Positions 22,070 through 37,261 of a DNA stretch of 64,000 nucleotides are shown piece after piece. The notes under the pieces are model-generated. The model was not told the origin of the DNA and made no database searches. It was given only the letters and a program-made list of their open reading frames with translations. Source of the stretch: Tubulanus polymorphus (taxonomy: Eukaryota; Animalia; Nemertea); the NCBI RefSeq assembly GCF_964204645.1, contig NC_134031.1, positions 4,278,001 through 4,342,000 on the forward strand, read 5' to 3'. The first letter of the stretch is position 1; the number at the start of each line of letters is the position of its first letter. Made by a program: the position numbers and the translations under genes.

Positions 22070-23107
22070 ATGAGTCTGCACAACGAAAACTGCAACTTAA
22101 TCGTGAACTACCTTCCTCAAACGTTGACCGACGACGAGTTCAAGTCGATGTTTAGCACGATCGGACTCGTGAAAAGTAGCAAAATAATCCGCGATAAGAT
22201 TACCGCGTACAGCTACGGGTTCGGATTCGTCGAGTTCGTCAAGCCGGAAGACGCCCAAAAAGCGATATGCACGCTCAGCGGTCTTCAGTTACAGAACAAA
22301 ACGATTAAAGTCGCGTTCGCGCGTCCGCCCGGCGAGGACACGAAAAACACTAATCTCTACATCCGTGGACTTCCGCATTGCATGACTCAGCAAGGTTTGG
22401 AAGAAGAGTTCCGTTCGTACGGCGGAATCGTCCAGTGTAAAGTGCTGACGAACGAATCGGGCCAGTCGAAAGGCGTCGGATTCGTCTTGTTCGAAAAGAA
22501 AGATTCCGCGGAGATCGCGTTGAAAGAAATGAACGGCAAAACGTTGATGGGCGCCGCCGAACCGCTACATATCAAATTCGCCGAAGACAACGCCAAGAAG
22601 GTCAGAGCGCCATCTATGCCGTATCATCATCACCATCCTTACCAGCCGATTCCGCGCGCGCCGTACGGTTGCGGAAGCGGGTACAACAGCGGCCCGCCCG
22701 GTCCCGTTCGCAACCAAGGCAACCGTTTCAATCGGTTCAACCCGATGTCGAATAGCTACAACGGTTCGAACGGCGCCGGCTCGATGGCGACGCCGGGCAT
22801 CGTCGCGCCGCCAATGAACGCGCCGAATTCGACGAACGCCGAAGGCCACGTTTTGTACGTTTACAACGTCGGTACGCACCCCGACGATCACATGATCTGG
22901 TCGTTGTTCGGCACGTACGGAATGGTGTTGAAAGTGAACATTATTCGCGACCACACGAAAGGCATCTGTAAAAATTACGGATTCGTCACGATGGCCAACT
23001 ATAACGACGCGTGCGAGGCGATCAACGCATTGAACGGCACGTACTGTCTCGGTAATCACCCGTATCCGTTGCAAGTGTCTTTCAAAACGACCAAGGCGGA
23101 AAATTAA
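22070..23107 (+). CDS. ELAV/Sex-lethal-family RNA-binding protein, three RRMs, intronless CDS (345 aa)
   Basis: RRM1 NLIVNYLPQ...SYGFGFVEF, linker FARPPGEDTKNTNLYI, RRM2 KGVGFVLF, hinge RFNRFNPM, RRM3 LYVYNV...KNYGFVTM...LQVSFKT. First in-frame ATG at 22070. Confidence 0.92.
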   Translation: MSLHNENCNLIVNYLPQTLTDDEFKSMFSTIGLVKSSKIIRDKITAYSYGFGFVEFVKPEDAQKAICTLSGLQLQNKTIKVAFARPPGEDTKNTNLYIRGLPHCMTQQGLEEEFRSYGGIVQCKVLTNESGQSKGVGFVLFEKKDSAEIALKEMNGKTLMGAAEPLHIKFAEDNAKKVRAPSMPYHHHHPYQPIPRAPYGCGSGYNSGPPGPVRNQGNRFNRFNPMSNSYNGSNGAGSMATPGIVAPPMNAPNSTNAEGHVLYVYNVGTHPDDHMIWSLFGTYGMVLKVNIIRDHTKGICKNYGFVTMANYNDACEAINALNGTYCLGNHPYPLQVSFKTTKAEN

Positions 23108-24591
23108 AAATGCCGCGAACGCACTCTCTCTCTCACTCTCTCCGTACGTGTAAAACTCTGTTGTCGATTTCCGTGGTACGAAGAGAAACTTAATTGAACG
23201 ATACGTGAAGGCTGACGTCGACGCGACGACGCGTAAAAGTTTTATTTTAAAGACGAACGATTATTACTCGATAGATCTGTTTTATGCAATATATTTAACC
23301 GTAGTTACGTACGGCGGAAAATAACATTTAACATATAGGAATACGCTTGGACAGTCGGTAATAGTTGTGGTTAAATCTTAAACGTGTTTACTGACGGCAT
23401 CGGCCCTCAGTTGGGGAGGGGCTCATTGTTCTCCACATGCTGGAATTTTAAGGGGCCGCATTGAACGTTAAGCGTATGACATCTGTTGAACTAGCGAGGC
23501 TTTCGATCACCCAAAAAATGCAGAAAATCTAAGCTTAATGTGGTGTAATCTTCCATTTTTCACATTAGCTCGATATACTTGATAGCAATTATCAGCATTG
23601 ATAGAATATTGACATCTACTCTGGTAGGGGCAGAAGATATTTTATATGGGTTGGTTGGTTTTCAAAGAAGTGGGTGAAAGAGGTGGCCACCCCTCTAAAA
23701 CCTGTTGTGGAGAACACTGGGTCCATTATTAATTTGATTAGTACAAAGTTGAATGGAGTCGACTGCAGATACAGTACACGGTCTAATAATTTGATCGGTA
23801 CCAAGTTTTTAAAATCCTATGGTAAGATCGTATTTTTAACTAATCGGGCCCCACTGCTTCGGAATTCTCGACGCATAAGTAATTTTCAACGGACATCCAT
23901 CTCGGAATAAAATGTGTTAACTAAAATCTAGTAGAGGTTTATATGCTGAATGTTGTAAGCCGATATATTTCAGTGCATTTAAATCAGAAATTGCTCATTC
24001 GACCTGTCCTTCTGTTCGCGATTAATTTTAGTTCATAAAAAGAAATACATTTTCGAGACGTAACGAATAGGCGATACGTGTAAAAACCTATTCGTGCATT
24101 TTATTTCTGTTATTTACGAAAAACCGTACAATTTAGATGTGACCGAAATATCAGTTCTCGGCAAGTCTCGGCTGTTTTATTTGATGGTATCATTTGTTAT
24201 ACATATTCAAGTAGGATTATTATCGTATTAAGCTTTTGTGTAATACAGAAATTAAAAGCTTCATTGTAAGTACGTAATGTATACGGTTTTTAGTTGAATG
24301 ATATTTGTACAGTTGGTAAGTGACCAATGTCATCCAGGCCTGTTATGTCTCCACTCTGCATTGAATATTAATCATAAAACAACTAACTGATTGTAAAAAA
24401 TCAATCCTGTGTGTGAATGCGAAGACTTGTTGAAAGAAATAAAACTATGTTGACGAGTTACATTTGAATTTGTGTTGATTCGTGAAGCGAGTAAAGGCTT
24501 TGAAGGAGCGACAAGTGCCTGGCTTTGTCTGATGAAAAGCTATACCCCACAGATCGGTCTTACCGGGTTGGTAGTCGGTTACCAGATTGGT

Positions 24592-24716
24592 TAGTCAGTA
24601 ACCTGTCTGTGGTTTAGTTTCACGATCAGATTTTTTCACAAACCACATATATATACCATTGGTATAAGCCCATCCGATTATAAAAAGCTTACTACCAACG
24701 ATTAGGTAACTAACTA
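24592..24716 (+). mobile_element. 9-bp-TSD MITE, short form
   Basis: TAGTCAGTAACC...GGTAACTAACTA; TSD CAGATTGGT. Confidence 0.85.
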
Positions 24717-24845
24717 CAGATTGGTATACCGGGAAAAGCTACATCCCACAGATTGGTCATTCCTCGGTATAAGTAAGTCTGAAGAATTGTTGGAGAAACA
24801 TCCGTCTGGGTCTGTCCGAAGAACTTAATCTGATCTAATAGCTAT

Positions 24846-24968
24846 GGGATCATTCATTTATTACGTACGCATTAGGGGAGGGGGGTAAGTGCAATTACGT
24901 ATTGTAATGCTCAATGTATATGGTTGAAAAAGTCAAATTTCATGCGTACGTAATAAAGGAATGACCCC
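24846..24968. mobile_element. PIF/Harbinger-like MITE
   Basis: Same TIR family as 4815-4976. Confidence 0.7.
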
Positions 24969-25951
24969 ATACCGGAATCGAATCAGATTCTGATTGGTCA
25001 TTCCTCGATATAAGTTTTCAAGGAGTTAATTCGGTAACTGCCTAATAAGGTAGAGAAAAATCCTGCACCCCTCTGTATCAATTAAGGCATATAGTTTACT
25101 ATACAACTTCAAACACTTCTAATTGCCTATTTTTCAAAACTGAAGTTTGAGTTTTGGGCATTTTGCTCAAATTTGAGTTACAAGCACCTTAAAAAACACA
25201 TTATGTTAAGGAATCAAGGAATCGTAGGGATCCTGCATAAACTAGATCAAGTCGTCTCTTGTTTATGTGTCCGTCCCCTACGACTTGCTTTTCCAATTCA
25301 AAGTATTTATGCCATCATTTGGATAAGTCTTCAACATAATGATAGTCCCAACGTATTGATGACTAAAACAAATTAATAAGAAATCCAAGCGATTTAGCCT
25401 CATAGAGGATACACAAGGAAATAGAATGCTGTTGATTATTGAAAATCAAGATTATGAGCCGAAACCTGCCGACATTTCCCTAAAGAAACGTTTTTCCATA
25501 TAAGAACCAGGACATGACAATAGATGAAAATTGAACGCTACCTAAATCATGGGCTAAAAACTACAAGCTACTGTACCATACAAAACAACTTGATAATTTA
25601 TTTACATTCAGAAATAAGTGTTTTACAACATAACTACAGGCCTATGAAAAAAAAGTGAGATATACCAAGGCACAATACAACATATACATATTTACCCAGG
25701 ATACTTTATATTGGAAATTGCGATACACTTGTTTAAATAAAATATATATTACCGTGTACACTATGTAGTCTAGGAGAGACCATTTTAAATTATTGCAATT
25801 TATACAAGAAAAGAAACAAATTTGAGTGTGTTACATTGATTGAAATTTATGAGTATTTGGAGGGTGCCTACACGAAGGTGGTTATTTGCTCGGTGATAGA
25901 ATTTTATCCAAAAAAAGATTATATCTGTGCAGTTTGTTCAAATTGCTACCT

Positions 25952-26485
<534 letters not shown>

Positions 26486-27062
26486 TCAACACCTCAAATT
26501 GCTGATTCTGATTTGCTGCAGTTGGAGTTGTGCAATATTTTGTTTACTTCTTGACTTAAAACTAAATTAAAGAAAAAATTGATAATTTATTAATTTTTGA
26601 CACTAAGCGTTTGTTGGCAAAAAACAGTGATAAGTTTAACATTAAAAACAATGGCCTGATAAAATGAACTGGTAGCCTACCTGCAGCAAACTAGGCCTGT
26701 AACAGTTTTGAGGTAAGGACCCTAATCTAATTCAGTACGTTCGTTTATCACTAGGAGGCAGCACTCGGTAAACAGTAAAAAACGGAATTGGATTGAAACT
26801 AAATCTCAGAAACACTGAATTTGAAGATTTTCTGAACTTGAATTTTGTAGAAAAGTATGGTTATTACGCCTAGATTACTATTGAGTTTACTCCATTTTGT
26901 ATTTCCTCGATTACAAATTTCAGAATTTTTCCTGCCCTAAGCCAAATCCGTGTTTTACTGCAATTCGGTTGAATTTCAAGGTCGTTGAGCTACCCAATTG
27001 ACAAAATTTATTTTCTCCAAAATTCTTTCTTCCTTTCTCTAAATTAATCGATCTCAGTAGAA

Positions 27063-30000
27063 ATGCCACTCGAAAATGCGTCCGAAAACATTTTCACGTA
27101 TAGTGACATAAAAATCCTTCCAGATCCACAGCAAGAATATCCAACATCATTGCACGATTCGAAAATACCTCTAATAATCGATAATGGTTTGTTTTCCAAT
27201 CCATACATTTCAATCATTTTGTCTAACAACATGTCTAACTTGGTCTGAAGTCATCTTGTGATTCCGGTGACCCATAAGATTATGGAAGTGGATATATCTG
27301 CATCTAATATATATATACATCTGCATAATATACACTTCAATATCTCGGTCAATGGTAAATTCAATAAGTTCTGTTTGTCAATCAGGTTCTTATCAGTGTC
27401 GCGTCGGCTGGGCATCGGATGATAAACCCAGGATGGTTTTCAAAAATGTGGTCGCTAAGCTAAGAGGCAAAAAGGTATGATACAATGAATAAACCGCTAG
27501 AACTAGGCATACAGCAAATGCTACCCGATTAACTAATTTAATGTTTCTAGGATGAGATACAAGTCGGTAATGATATCGTCAATATGGAAGTCGTTCGCTG
27601 GCAGTTGAAATCTCAGTTTGATCGGAATATTGTCACACAATACGACGTGCAGGTAGTTTTCCAATAGGGCGCACACATTACAACAATCCATCGTATCACT
27701 AATACTTTGCATAAATTTTCATATCATGCGGAGGCGATTTCATTGTATCGTCACTTGATCACGGCAAAATCAAACATATTTTTGATACGTTCATGCGCAA
27801 TTTATGTTCACTGAACGAAAACAAATTGTAAATTGCTGATATTCTGAAAAGAAATTAACAGTAGCCGATCGGAATGCATGAAGTGAACTAATTATAGTCC
27901 TTGTAAAAGAATCCAGTTGGAGGCACTCTAAGTTGTCGAACCTCTTTCTACTTATCTTTCACCATTTTGTTCAAACAGGAGCAGGTATTTGATCATATGT
28001 TCAGTAGACTCGGTATAAACACTGCTGGATGTGTGGATCATCCGATAGTGATGACAGAACCGGTCGCAAATCCGAATGTATGTCGACAACGTGAGTACCT
28101 ATAGTCATTCAATAATCCTTCACCAGGGGCTGTCCGATTTGAACCGTATGGACAATCTTGTAAAGCAGTTTTGTTTAATATTCATTACAGAAATGTCGGA
28201 GTTACTTTTTGAATGCTATCATATTCCGGAATTAGTTTACGGTATTGATGCCCTGTATAGTTTGTATAACAACTCACCGGATACAAGTAAGTTTTCACTC
28301 GCCGTATGCATCTTAATTGAAAGGCCACATTATTGTATCATTTAAGAAAAAAGATACAAGATTCTTAAAGTTAGGCTAAATAAGATAATACTTCGTTTCT
28401 TATAATCAGCCAGGTCATTTTGTAAGTTGTGATAAGATTAGTAATCAGTTTATTTTTATCAGTTTAAGATTTTTATAAATGTTGGTCCTACATAATTGGA
28501 AGGACATCTCCAAGCCTAAAGGCTGTACTAAAAAAGGGATTTCCATAGCTACCGCGTCTGTTATGGTTAGCTTGGATGTAATTTTAAAAGAAGTAATGTA
28601 CAGGGTAGATAGTCGGCCAGTCGGGTCAACTTTTAAGCTCAGCAGAAGTGAGAAACAAGGTATCAATTTTTTCCTTTACCATTCTCGATTTATAAAATTG
28701 AGACAAATTTTTTATTTTTAGGAAACGGATTGGTAATTTCATGCGGTTACCATTCTACGTATATCATGCCGTATTTAAACGGTCGCCTAGATACGAGCGG
28801 CTGCAGACGTATCAATGTCGGAGGTATAAACATTGATGGATATATGCAGAGATTGTTACAGTTGAAATATCCGGCACATTTAACCCATCTCACCCTTGGC
28901 AAAACAGAGGTATGATCATTACTGATTATGTGCTTATTTTGTTCAAATTTTGAATAATATCATGAACTGAACCTAGATCTGAATTGGACAATTTGCTTAT
29001 TATGCCAAATTATAGAATTCGTACCTTTGGCGGATGATCTTTCACATATCTTGTTCCCAACCGTTCGAATGCTTTCCCCAAAAACATTTGTCATGAACCC
29101 AATTTGGAAGAATTCAAAAGATTCCTAAAAACATACCTGTTTACTGGATTACTTTAAAGCGCTTTTGAACATTTATTCAGCGATATTGGCGCTATATAGA
29201 TATTATTTCTTCATCGTCAGCTATTGCTTAATTTTAGGAATATGTTAGGACACATTGTCGTTTTGCCAAGGATTACTTGGAAGAGTTAGACAAATGGGCG
29301 GAACTCGATTTCTATGAGGACAATGTTCACAAAATTCAACTGCCAATCGTTCCGAGTCAAGTAAGTTTTGTTTCTCGCCTGTCAAATCTCAACGACTGAT
29401 CAGTTTCACTTCCTTCAGAAATCATGTTGGGAAAAGTGTGTTTTTTCAGCTGGGACTTTCTAATGTCAACCCGGAACAACAGAAACAAAAGAAAGAAGAA
29501 CAAACTAAACGCCTGCAGGAGATGATTGCAAAAAGAAGACAAGAAAAGGTCAGATTGATTTGTAATCAGTTCGACTGTTGGCCATATTGGATAAAATACA
29601 ACCCTGTTCCTGTTCCTCAGAGTTTCTGAAGCATAGCCTTCACCCTTTTCATTAAAAGAGTAACGATGCCTATCTAATATAGTTAAATATTTCCATCAGC
29701 CGACGAGTATTGATAGTGTTACTCTATTTTTTTCTTATTCAAGCTTGCTAGCGAGGAAAAACAGCTTGAAGAATTATTGAATGTGCAAGAACTAGAAGAA
29801 ACTGATGTCAGAGCTTACAAGGTATAGGCCTAGCATACAGTTCATATCGAACTCGTGTCCTTCGTAATCAGTTAAAATGCACGCACCCTCTATAGAAAAT
29901 CTCTTGAATAAATACTGGTAAATCATTTAATGTTGCAGTGAATTATTTTAACGATTTTGCAGCACGCATTCGCCGATTTAGAAATCGAAAATCGCGAAGA

Positions 30001-32369
30001 ATTGCAGGCAGCCATTGATCATTTGAGTTTGTCAGTTCAGCGTCTGAAAGCACGGATACAAGGCGTTGATATAGCAGTCGAACCGTCTGAGGTAAATTTT
30101 GACGCGCAATCTTCGTTGATTTCTGTTATCTTTCCTCAAACTGTCCGATAATCGTATGTTTACAGAAACAAAAGCCGGTATTTGATTTGTTGTCAGTCTC
30201 TGATGATTCACTAACCGCGGAGGAGAAACTCGCCAAGAAGAGACAGCGAATATTAAAGTGCGCTTACGAAGGCAAAATGAGAGCCAAACAGAAACAAGAA
30301 GAGGAGAAACTAAAGGTAAATTTGGTATAGCAAGCACAGCAGTAGTTCATTAAAACTTTCAGTGCTGACTAATTAATACCCTATAGTGCTGGAGATAATT
30401 TGAAAAAAAAAAGATTCCACCCCAATGTGTTTAATATGGGTCATACCACTATAGTGCGTCTACACTACGATGCGGTGTATCCATAGTAACTAATATTCAA
30501 CTATGGTTGACAAGTGCTACTATCTTTCAATTAAGATGAAAACTAATTACTGATTACATTAATACACCGTGTGTGGTGTACCAGCAAAGTCAATCACGGA
30601 TGTATACACCGCACTGCGGTAAAGATGCATTGAAGGGGTTAAACACTTTTCGAAAGTATTTCATATTTCGTTCTCGTGTTCATCGTTGCAGGCCGAGAAA
30701 GAACGAACGCATTTGATGAAGAAAAAAGAAACAAATTTCAAAGGTTGGCTCAAAGAAGTCCGACAAAGACGAGGGAAATTACTGGAAACGAGAAATCGAC
30801 GAAAACAAAAACGATCGGACATGTCGAAACGACGGACGTACGCGTCTCAACAACGAATGAAAATCATTTCACAACTCGCTCGGGGTAACTGCGAACGTTT
30901 AATCATATTGAAATGTTTGTCACGGACCTGCTCGGTCGGCATGGCATTTATGGTCATTGTATTGTCACAGCACTTATGTGTTTTCTATCCATGAAAAACC
31001 AGTCATTAAGAATTCACAACCATGGTTTTATAATGCTAAATCGCTAGACATGAATATCTCCTTAGGAAATAATAAAGTTCACTTCAAATTAGTGAATAAT
31101 TGAGAAATATTCGACTGATATAATGACTAATAGTGGCTCTTTTACTTTAAGCGAGTAAAAATGAAGATGATTTCGGGAAGAATGATGATGACTGGCAGGT
31201 GTATAGAGATATTGTAAGTGTTGCTGCCCCATCCTTCCCCTGAGCATTGGAAATATAGTGGCCAATATAAGCCAAAAACAAATATAACAGTAGACCCTCG
31301 TTTAAGTCTGATCCGACCAGCTTCCTGGATAAACTTACACTTATCTGGTGCTTTATACAAGGTTTGCGATGTATATGAACCAATCATCAACAAATTTCCA
31401 CAACTGTATCTAAATTTTGTTTCTTTTCACTGAGTAACTCAAGTAGGATCCCGTAACTAATTGATTATTATTGTAGAATTTGCGAGACGATGACAGCGAC
31501 TCAGATATGGAACAAGATAAACTGGAAGAACTCGAAAAACTACTGGAAGAGAATGATCCCGAATTCCAAAAGTAAGTTAGTTCATCAATCGTGAGAAACA
31601 CTGAAAACATACGCTTTATCAGAACTTCAATACCTTAAATGTTTATGACTTTTACAGAGAGATGAAGGCGAACAGCTCGGGGCAGTACGATATAGCCGAA
31701 TATTATAGGTTACATCTGGCAGTAGAACAAATAAGGTATTCATAATTCATTCTTCCACCCCTCGGCGTATATATCGGTACATAAGTCTTACCGTCTCAAT
31801 GTTTTAGAGCTCCGGAACTTCTGTTTCAACCATCGCTGCTCGGTTTTGAACAGGCCGGTTTAACGGATACGATATCACACGTACTGAAAAAATACGGCAG
31901 CGACGACGTTCAGAAATTGGTTGATGTGAGTTCGTCTTCATCTGATATTTCAACTTCATCCAAATCGTACGCAGAAATCTTATGACTTCCATAATTTCGT
32001 TTTCAGTTCGTCTATGTCACTGGATCTTGCGCAAGTTTCCCAGATCTGAAAGACCGCCTCGAAGTTGAACTATTGGCAAGTCGTCCTTATCAATCAAGTT
32101 TTAGCATTTATACCGCAGGTAGATATTAACGTGAATATTGATTTCTAAAGCTTGAGGCTTTTCTTTTCATAAAGTTGAAAATCTGCGTGTATATTTCAGA
32201 TAATCCGGTGCTAGATGCCTGGTTAGGAGCCAGGAAGCTTGCCTGTTCACCGATATTCAAAGATTGCGTAATCACCAGAGCAGACTATCAAGAGAAAGGC
32301 GGTGAATACTTGAAGGAACATTCGCGCTCGAATCAATTCTTCCCATCGATACCCGTCAACAATACTTAA
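27063..32369 (+). CDS. ACTR5: Actin-related protein 5 (INO80 complex)
   Basis: About 18 GT-AG exons from ATG 27063 to TAA 32369. Motifs: [98 protein letters not shown]. Confidence 0.95.
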
Positions 32370-33494
32370 TAAAATCATTATGACATCAAATATTGCATTT
32401 CATTGTCATATCTTGCGTCATAGCTCAACTAGTGAAGACGTGACGATTAGTGTCTGCTTTGAGAACAAGCAAGCATTTTTGAAGAAAAGTGAACTCAGTC
32501 AGTTACAATCCAAAGTTTTCTGGCCCGTAGCCAGCCATAAAAGTGAAACTTTGTATAGGTCATGGTTTATGGTGTTCAGTAAACCTGTCTGCTGTTCAAA
32601 ATTGCCCTGAAGTGACGCGTGCTTGGCTTATGAATTTTTGGTCACTCCTACAGTGAAACCTCGTATATAACCATTTTTCGGTTATTACAAGCCAAAGTTC
32701 ATTTGAACGAAATTCCTCTGTTGCATCAACGCCCGTTGTTTGAATCAGATGTCCTGGGAGTGCCCCCCCCCATCAAATCACAGGAACGCAGAAATGTTTT
32801 GAATCAATGAGGATGGACGCTACTGGACCGGGTTTGTTCAACCTAAATAAATCTGGATACAAATGCAAGATACAGTAGAGATTCTTTTTCGCCTCCTTTT
32901 TGGTTTCAGAGAAATGGCTCCGCCCAAAATCATTAACCGCATCATTTGTGTGCGATATTCAGACTTACAAAACATCCCTCAATTGCTGACGAGATCATTG
33001 TTGGTTCACAAGCCACTTCATAAATCCAAGGCAGATATAACACAAATAGATAAATTTGACATTATAAAGATTTCCTTTTATTCTTATCACACTATATTTT
33101 TACAAATTATTTGACATTTCAAATTTCTCACCCGATTATTAGTTACATCACCGAAATGTACATTATGATTTCTCAGAGTTTTAAAATATAGAAACAATCT
33201 TTTTGCTGCTAGTGATTCAAGTTACCCGTGAACGTTACTCGTCCCACCTAAGCCAACAGTATTTTAGAAATGAAATGAATGCTTACTATGAATTCATTAT
33301 CATTTGTACGCGTGTATCCAAACTTCAAAATTCAAATTGGTAATAAAGAGAACGTATAGCTCTAAATGTTTCGGAATAACTGGACAGACCATTCACCGAC
33401 CGAGACAATCCGGTCCCCGAAATGGGAATCTAAATGCATCAAGTATTGTACCAATTAATTTCTTTCAAACTATGATAAAACCCGGTTCACGACC

Positions 33495-35866
33495 TCAGAA
33501 ACCTGGTATAACTCGACCTCGTTTTTTGGCCGTGTCGATTTTCCGTTTCAGATTCTGATCTTTTCTCGCGCGGATGTTTTTCGTGCGTTTATCTTGTTTC
33601 TCTTTCATGCGTTTTTCCGTCGCCGACGTTCGCTCTTCCCATTTCTTTTTCCGCGTGTTCTTCATTTTCTCCTTGCGTTTCAACGCGCGTTTTAACATTT
33701 CCGGATCGTCTTTCACTTTCAAGCCTTCCGCCTTTTGCAACGCTTTCTCCCACTGATTTTTCTTTTCGAGTTTCTCCGCTTTTTCGGCCGCGTCGGAATT
33801 TTTCAAATCCTCAACGGTTTTTCGTTTCTTTTCGACTTTTTCTAACAACGTTTTGTAGTCTTTTCCCGATAGACTACTTTTCTTTTCTTTCTCGCCCGCA
33901 TCTCTAAAATCGAACTTACTGAACACCATTTTCTGTTGGTTGTAAATCGGTTTGACAGCCGTTCCGTTTACAAGTTTTTTATTACCCCCGGGAGACCCTA
34001 AAACATCAGTCAAAGCGCTACCTTTCACTTTACTTTTTTGTTTCTCTATTTTACGCTTTATTTTATTTTTCAGTTTGCTTTGTTTTCGCTTAAGTCGCTT
34101 CATTTCAACGGTTTCACTGTTGGATTTTCTTTTACCTGAAAAGGAATCGAGACAAAACTAAATATCATCGAAGCGCCCCACATTGCATATATGCTAAACA
34201 GAACAACGAATCAGTACATACTTTTCAGTTCCTGTAGTCTTTCGTGTAACTTCTGTCTGGCCTCGTCTAACGATGTCGAAACTACAGCTCGAGGTAGGGC
34301 TGTAGATTTTTTATTCGTTTTATTCTTCTGTTTTTTATTCTTTAGTTTAGTGACTGTAAAGACAGCAGAAAAGAAACCTCATGAGCTATAATCGCTAGAA
34401 AAGAGTTGGGGGAATGGGGGAAACTAAAATGGATTTAGTGCATTCTATAAGGAGGACCTCCGCTGTCGACTGTGCCAAATACATTGGATTTTAAAGTGTA
34501 TTTGTACATCGTATTTGTATGACAAACCTGTCGACACTATATGAGGTAGAGAACGGTTTTACCTCAACAGCTTAACTGCGCAGAGTGACCACTTTTATTT
34601 GATTTGCTAATCTCCAGACTATTCCCTGACATTTAAGTTGTTTTCCCTAACTTGATCTGCTAAGAATCCAATCAATTAATACAGTCAAATACGTAAAAAA
34701 ATAGAAGGAAACTGTTTGATTTATGCACAATCAAACTATCTTAACAATATTCCCCCATTTTACCCTGATCTTTTAGCTTTTTTTTAAACCAAATTCTCTG
34801 TTTTGAAGAAAAGAAAATTTGATTTCCAGATAAGTGGCCACCCTGCTGCGGTAGTTTGGGGTTAAATTAGTTCATTTTAAAAATAATTCAACAATGTCGT
34901 CACTGAAACCGATTCCAGGAACGAGTTTCTCATTCGCAGCTTTAACATTCTGTTTTAATAACTTACAATTATCGCCATCATTATCCGGTTCATCGACTTC
35001 CATGTCTTCACCATTAGAGTCACTATCAACAGCGTTATTCACATCCGATACTAATTGCGAAATACAGGTTTTATTATTCGGGTCGTATTTCATTCGTTTC
35101 AGTTGCGATTTCGCCGAAGTCGGTTCCTTTTTCGCCTTCTTCGCATTTGGCATGGTTTCTGTAACGACATTCGTAACAAGATGTCACTTTTCTTGCATGT
35201 AAAATCAGGCTCCCGACACATTTAGTCGTTCCTGGATATAACGGGTTTTAAAGGAGAAAATTTCAATTTCGAGAAATTGTCCGCACCACCTTCATATCCC
35301 AATTGCTGAAGACTCCTCCAAAATTGGTCCTGTTTATCCGTTATCTACTGCACAACTTCAAACTAGACAAACATTCTTACAGGTAATAGCCTATTTCTCA
35401 AAATTGAAGGAGTTGAAAGGAGTTTGAGGCATTTTGCTCAAATTTAAGGAGTTTGAAGCACCTTTAAAAGCATTTTCAGTTTTAAACTGAAATTACTTTT
35501 AAAGGTGCTGACTTTAGAACAAGTGCTTTTAATGAATCAAGGAGCCATAGGGACCCAGTAAATAGTCTAAGGTGAATGCATTTGTTTGATGAGATATGAT
35601 TATGATTGACATTAACAAGCAAATGTTTACACGAATATTGTCTATGACAGATATGAAGAAATTCATCAGCAAATCATATTTCATTGTTGTGATTTAGTTT
35701 TCTAAATCATACCATCCTTTAGCTTGGCTTTTTTCATTTTTTTCTCCTGAAACGCTGCTCGCGCGTCGCTTGAAAAATAATTTTCCGGCGGAATCATGTC
35801 GACCATCTTGGTGAAAAAATTGCTGTCGACTTTCATTGCCGATCGTTTATCACCGTTGCCAGCCAT
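33495..35866 (-). CDS. SURF6: Surfeit locus protein 6 (nucleolar, Rrp14 family)
   Basis: Exons 35713-35866, 34967-35158, 34222-34353, 33495-34135. Motifs: MVFSKFDF, WEKALQKAEGLKVKDDPEMLKRALKRKEK, KKKWEER, KKRGRVIPGF; N-terminal Rrp14-like DMIPPENY. Confidence 0.93.
34581..34845. mobile_element. CAGGGTGGCCAC-TIR MITE, 5-bp TSD
   Basis: CTGCG flanks both ends. Confidence 0.75.
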
Positions 35867-36440
35867 TTTCTGTATATGCGAGCACTGGCACCTGAAAATG
35901 GAATGAAAATGAAAATATCGCGCCAACCCTTGTGGCTGAGTTTTTACATTATTCAACTCATCCGTGCCAGCTACCTTCGTTGCGAGGCAATCAAACCCTG
36001 GCAAGTGAGGATGTTTTTCTCCTCGTCATTCTTCTTTTATATTTTTTCAGAATTTTTTTGCAGTAAAAATTGTTAAATTCTCGTTAAAATTTTTAAAATG
36101 GCCAAATCGAAATATACTAGTGATTGTTCGGATCTTTTTTCCTTGTTGGAAGGTCCACAAAATATTCTATTTATGAGAACGATTTTATCTGAATTGATAG
36201 ATAAATTATCAATAAATCTACAAATTAACAAGTCAAATGATTACTAAAAGATTAGGCTAAAAAAATGATACCTTGTTTCTGCTGTGATGATAAAAATATG
36301 AATTAATTGGAAATATATTGGGGAAAATCTTTATTTATAACCAGGTGGAACGGTGGTCAAAATTGCCATCTTAAGTATTATTTTTAAACTACGATATTTG
36401 AATTGGCGAATCAAAATGAAGTATTGACATTTTTTAGTAT

Positions 36441-36602
36441 GGGATCATTCATTGATTACGTACGCATAAAATTTGAATTTGTCAACCCCTCCTCCCCCTC
36501 TGTACGCAAAATCGGCCATTTTTTCATATATATTAAGCATTACAGTACGCAATTGCACTGACCCCCACTCCCCTAATGCGTACGCAATAAATGAATGACC
36601 CC
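36441..36602. mobile_element. PIF/Harbinger-like MITE
   Basis: Same TIR family as 4815-4976; TAT TSD. Confidence 0.8.
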
Positions 36603-37261
36603 TATCCCAATCAGATTCAGATGCCAAGTCAGCCACTTCTTTCCTCGCAGAGGCGGAGTTTATACAGACTACAAAATTAACACGTTGCCTTCAATTCGGT
36701 TCTTTTTTTGCGCAATTTCTCGTCGAATCTACGAACCTTTAAATAACTAAGACGATTTAATGGGTGTTTTGTCTTTATCATAAAACATTTCGGAGAGATG
36801 ACCGCAAATAGAATTGCATTTTCAAAGAATTTAGTAGCTATATCGTTTCATCCATTCCATGCTTTCAAAACGTGCTAAATAGCGCAACAAACTTATGATT
36901 AATCAGTTGAAAACAAATTCCAATTAACTCTATTGAGAAAATTTAGCGTTCACTTTCGAGAGTGAATGGTTTGCAAAAAAGTATAGTTTATGTACCATTC
37001 CACGTTGTATACGGTGTTCATTTCGAAGAATTTTCTTCCATAACAAACATTTGCCCTTTCCAAGAATTTTAGTCCTTGTAGTACAGGCGCACTCGGCGTG
37101 GGATCCGAGCTGAATGATAATTAAAACTATGGTTAACGCCATTGCGTTAATTATTTGATGAGCTTACAAATTTCCAAGAAACTCTCTTAACAAGAGTTCA
37201 GTATTTACACTTTGACAGCATACGTGTTGATATTAACTATCAAATCAGGCATAGCTGGTCT

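Noticed and set aside
22565-23074. Antisense ORFs over the ELAV-like, zinc-finger, MFS and RasGAP exons
   Set aside because: Shadow frames of GC/CpG-rich coding sequence with no recognisable domains.
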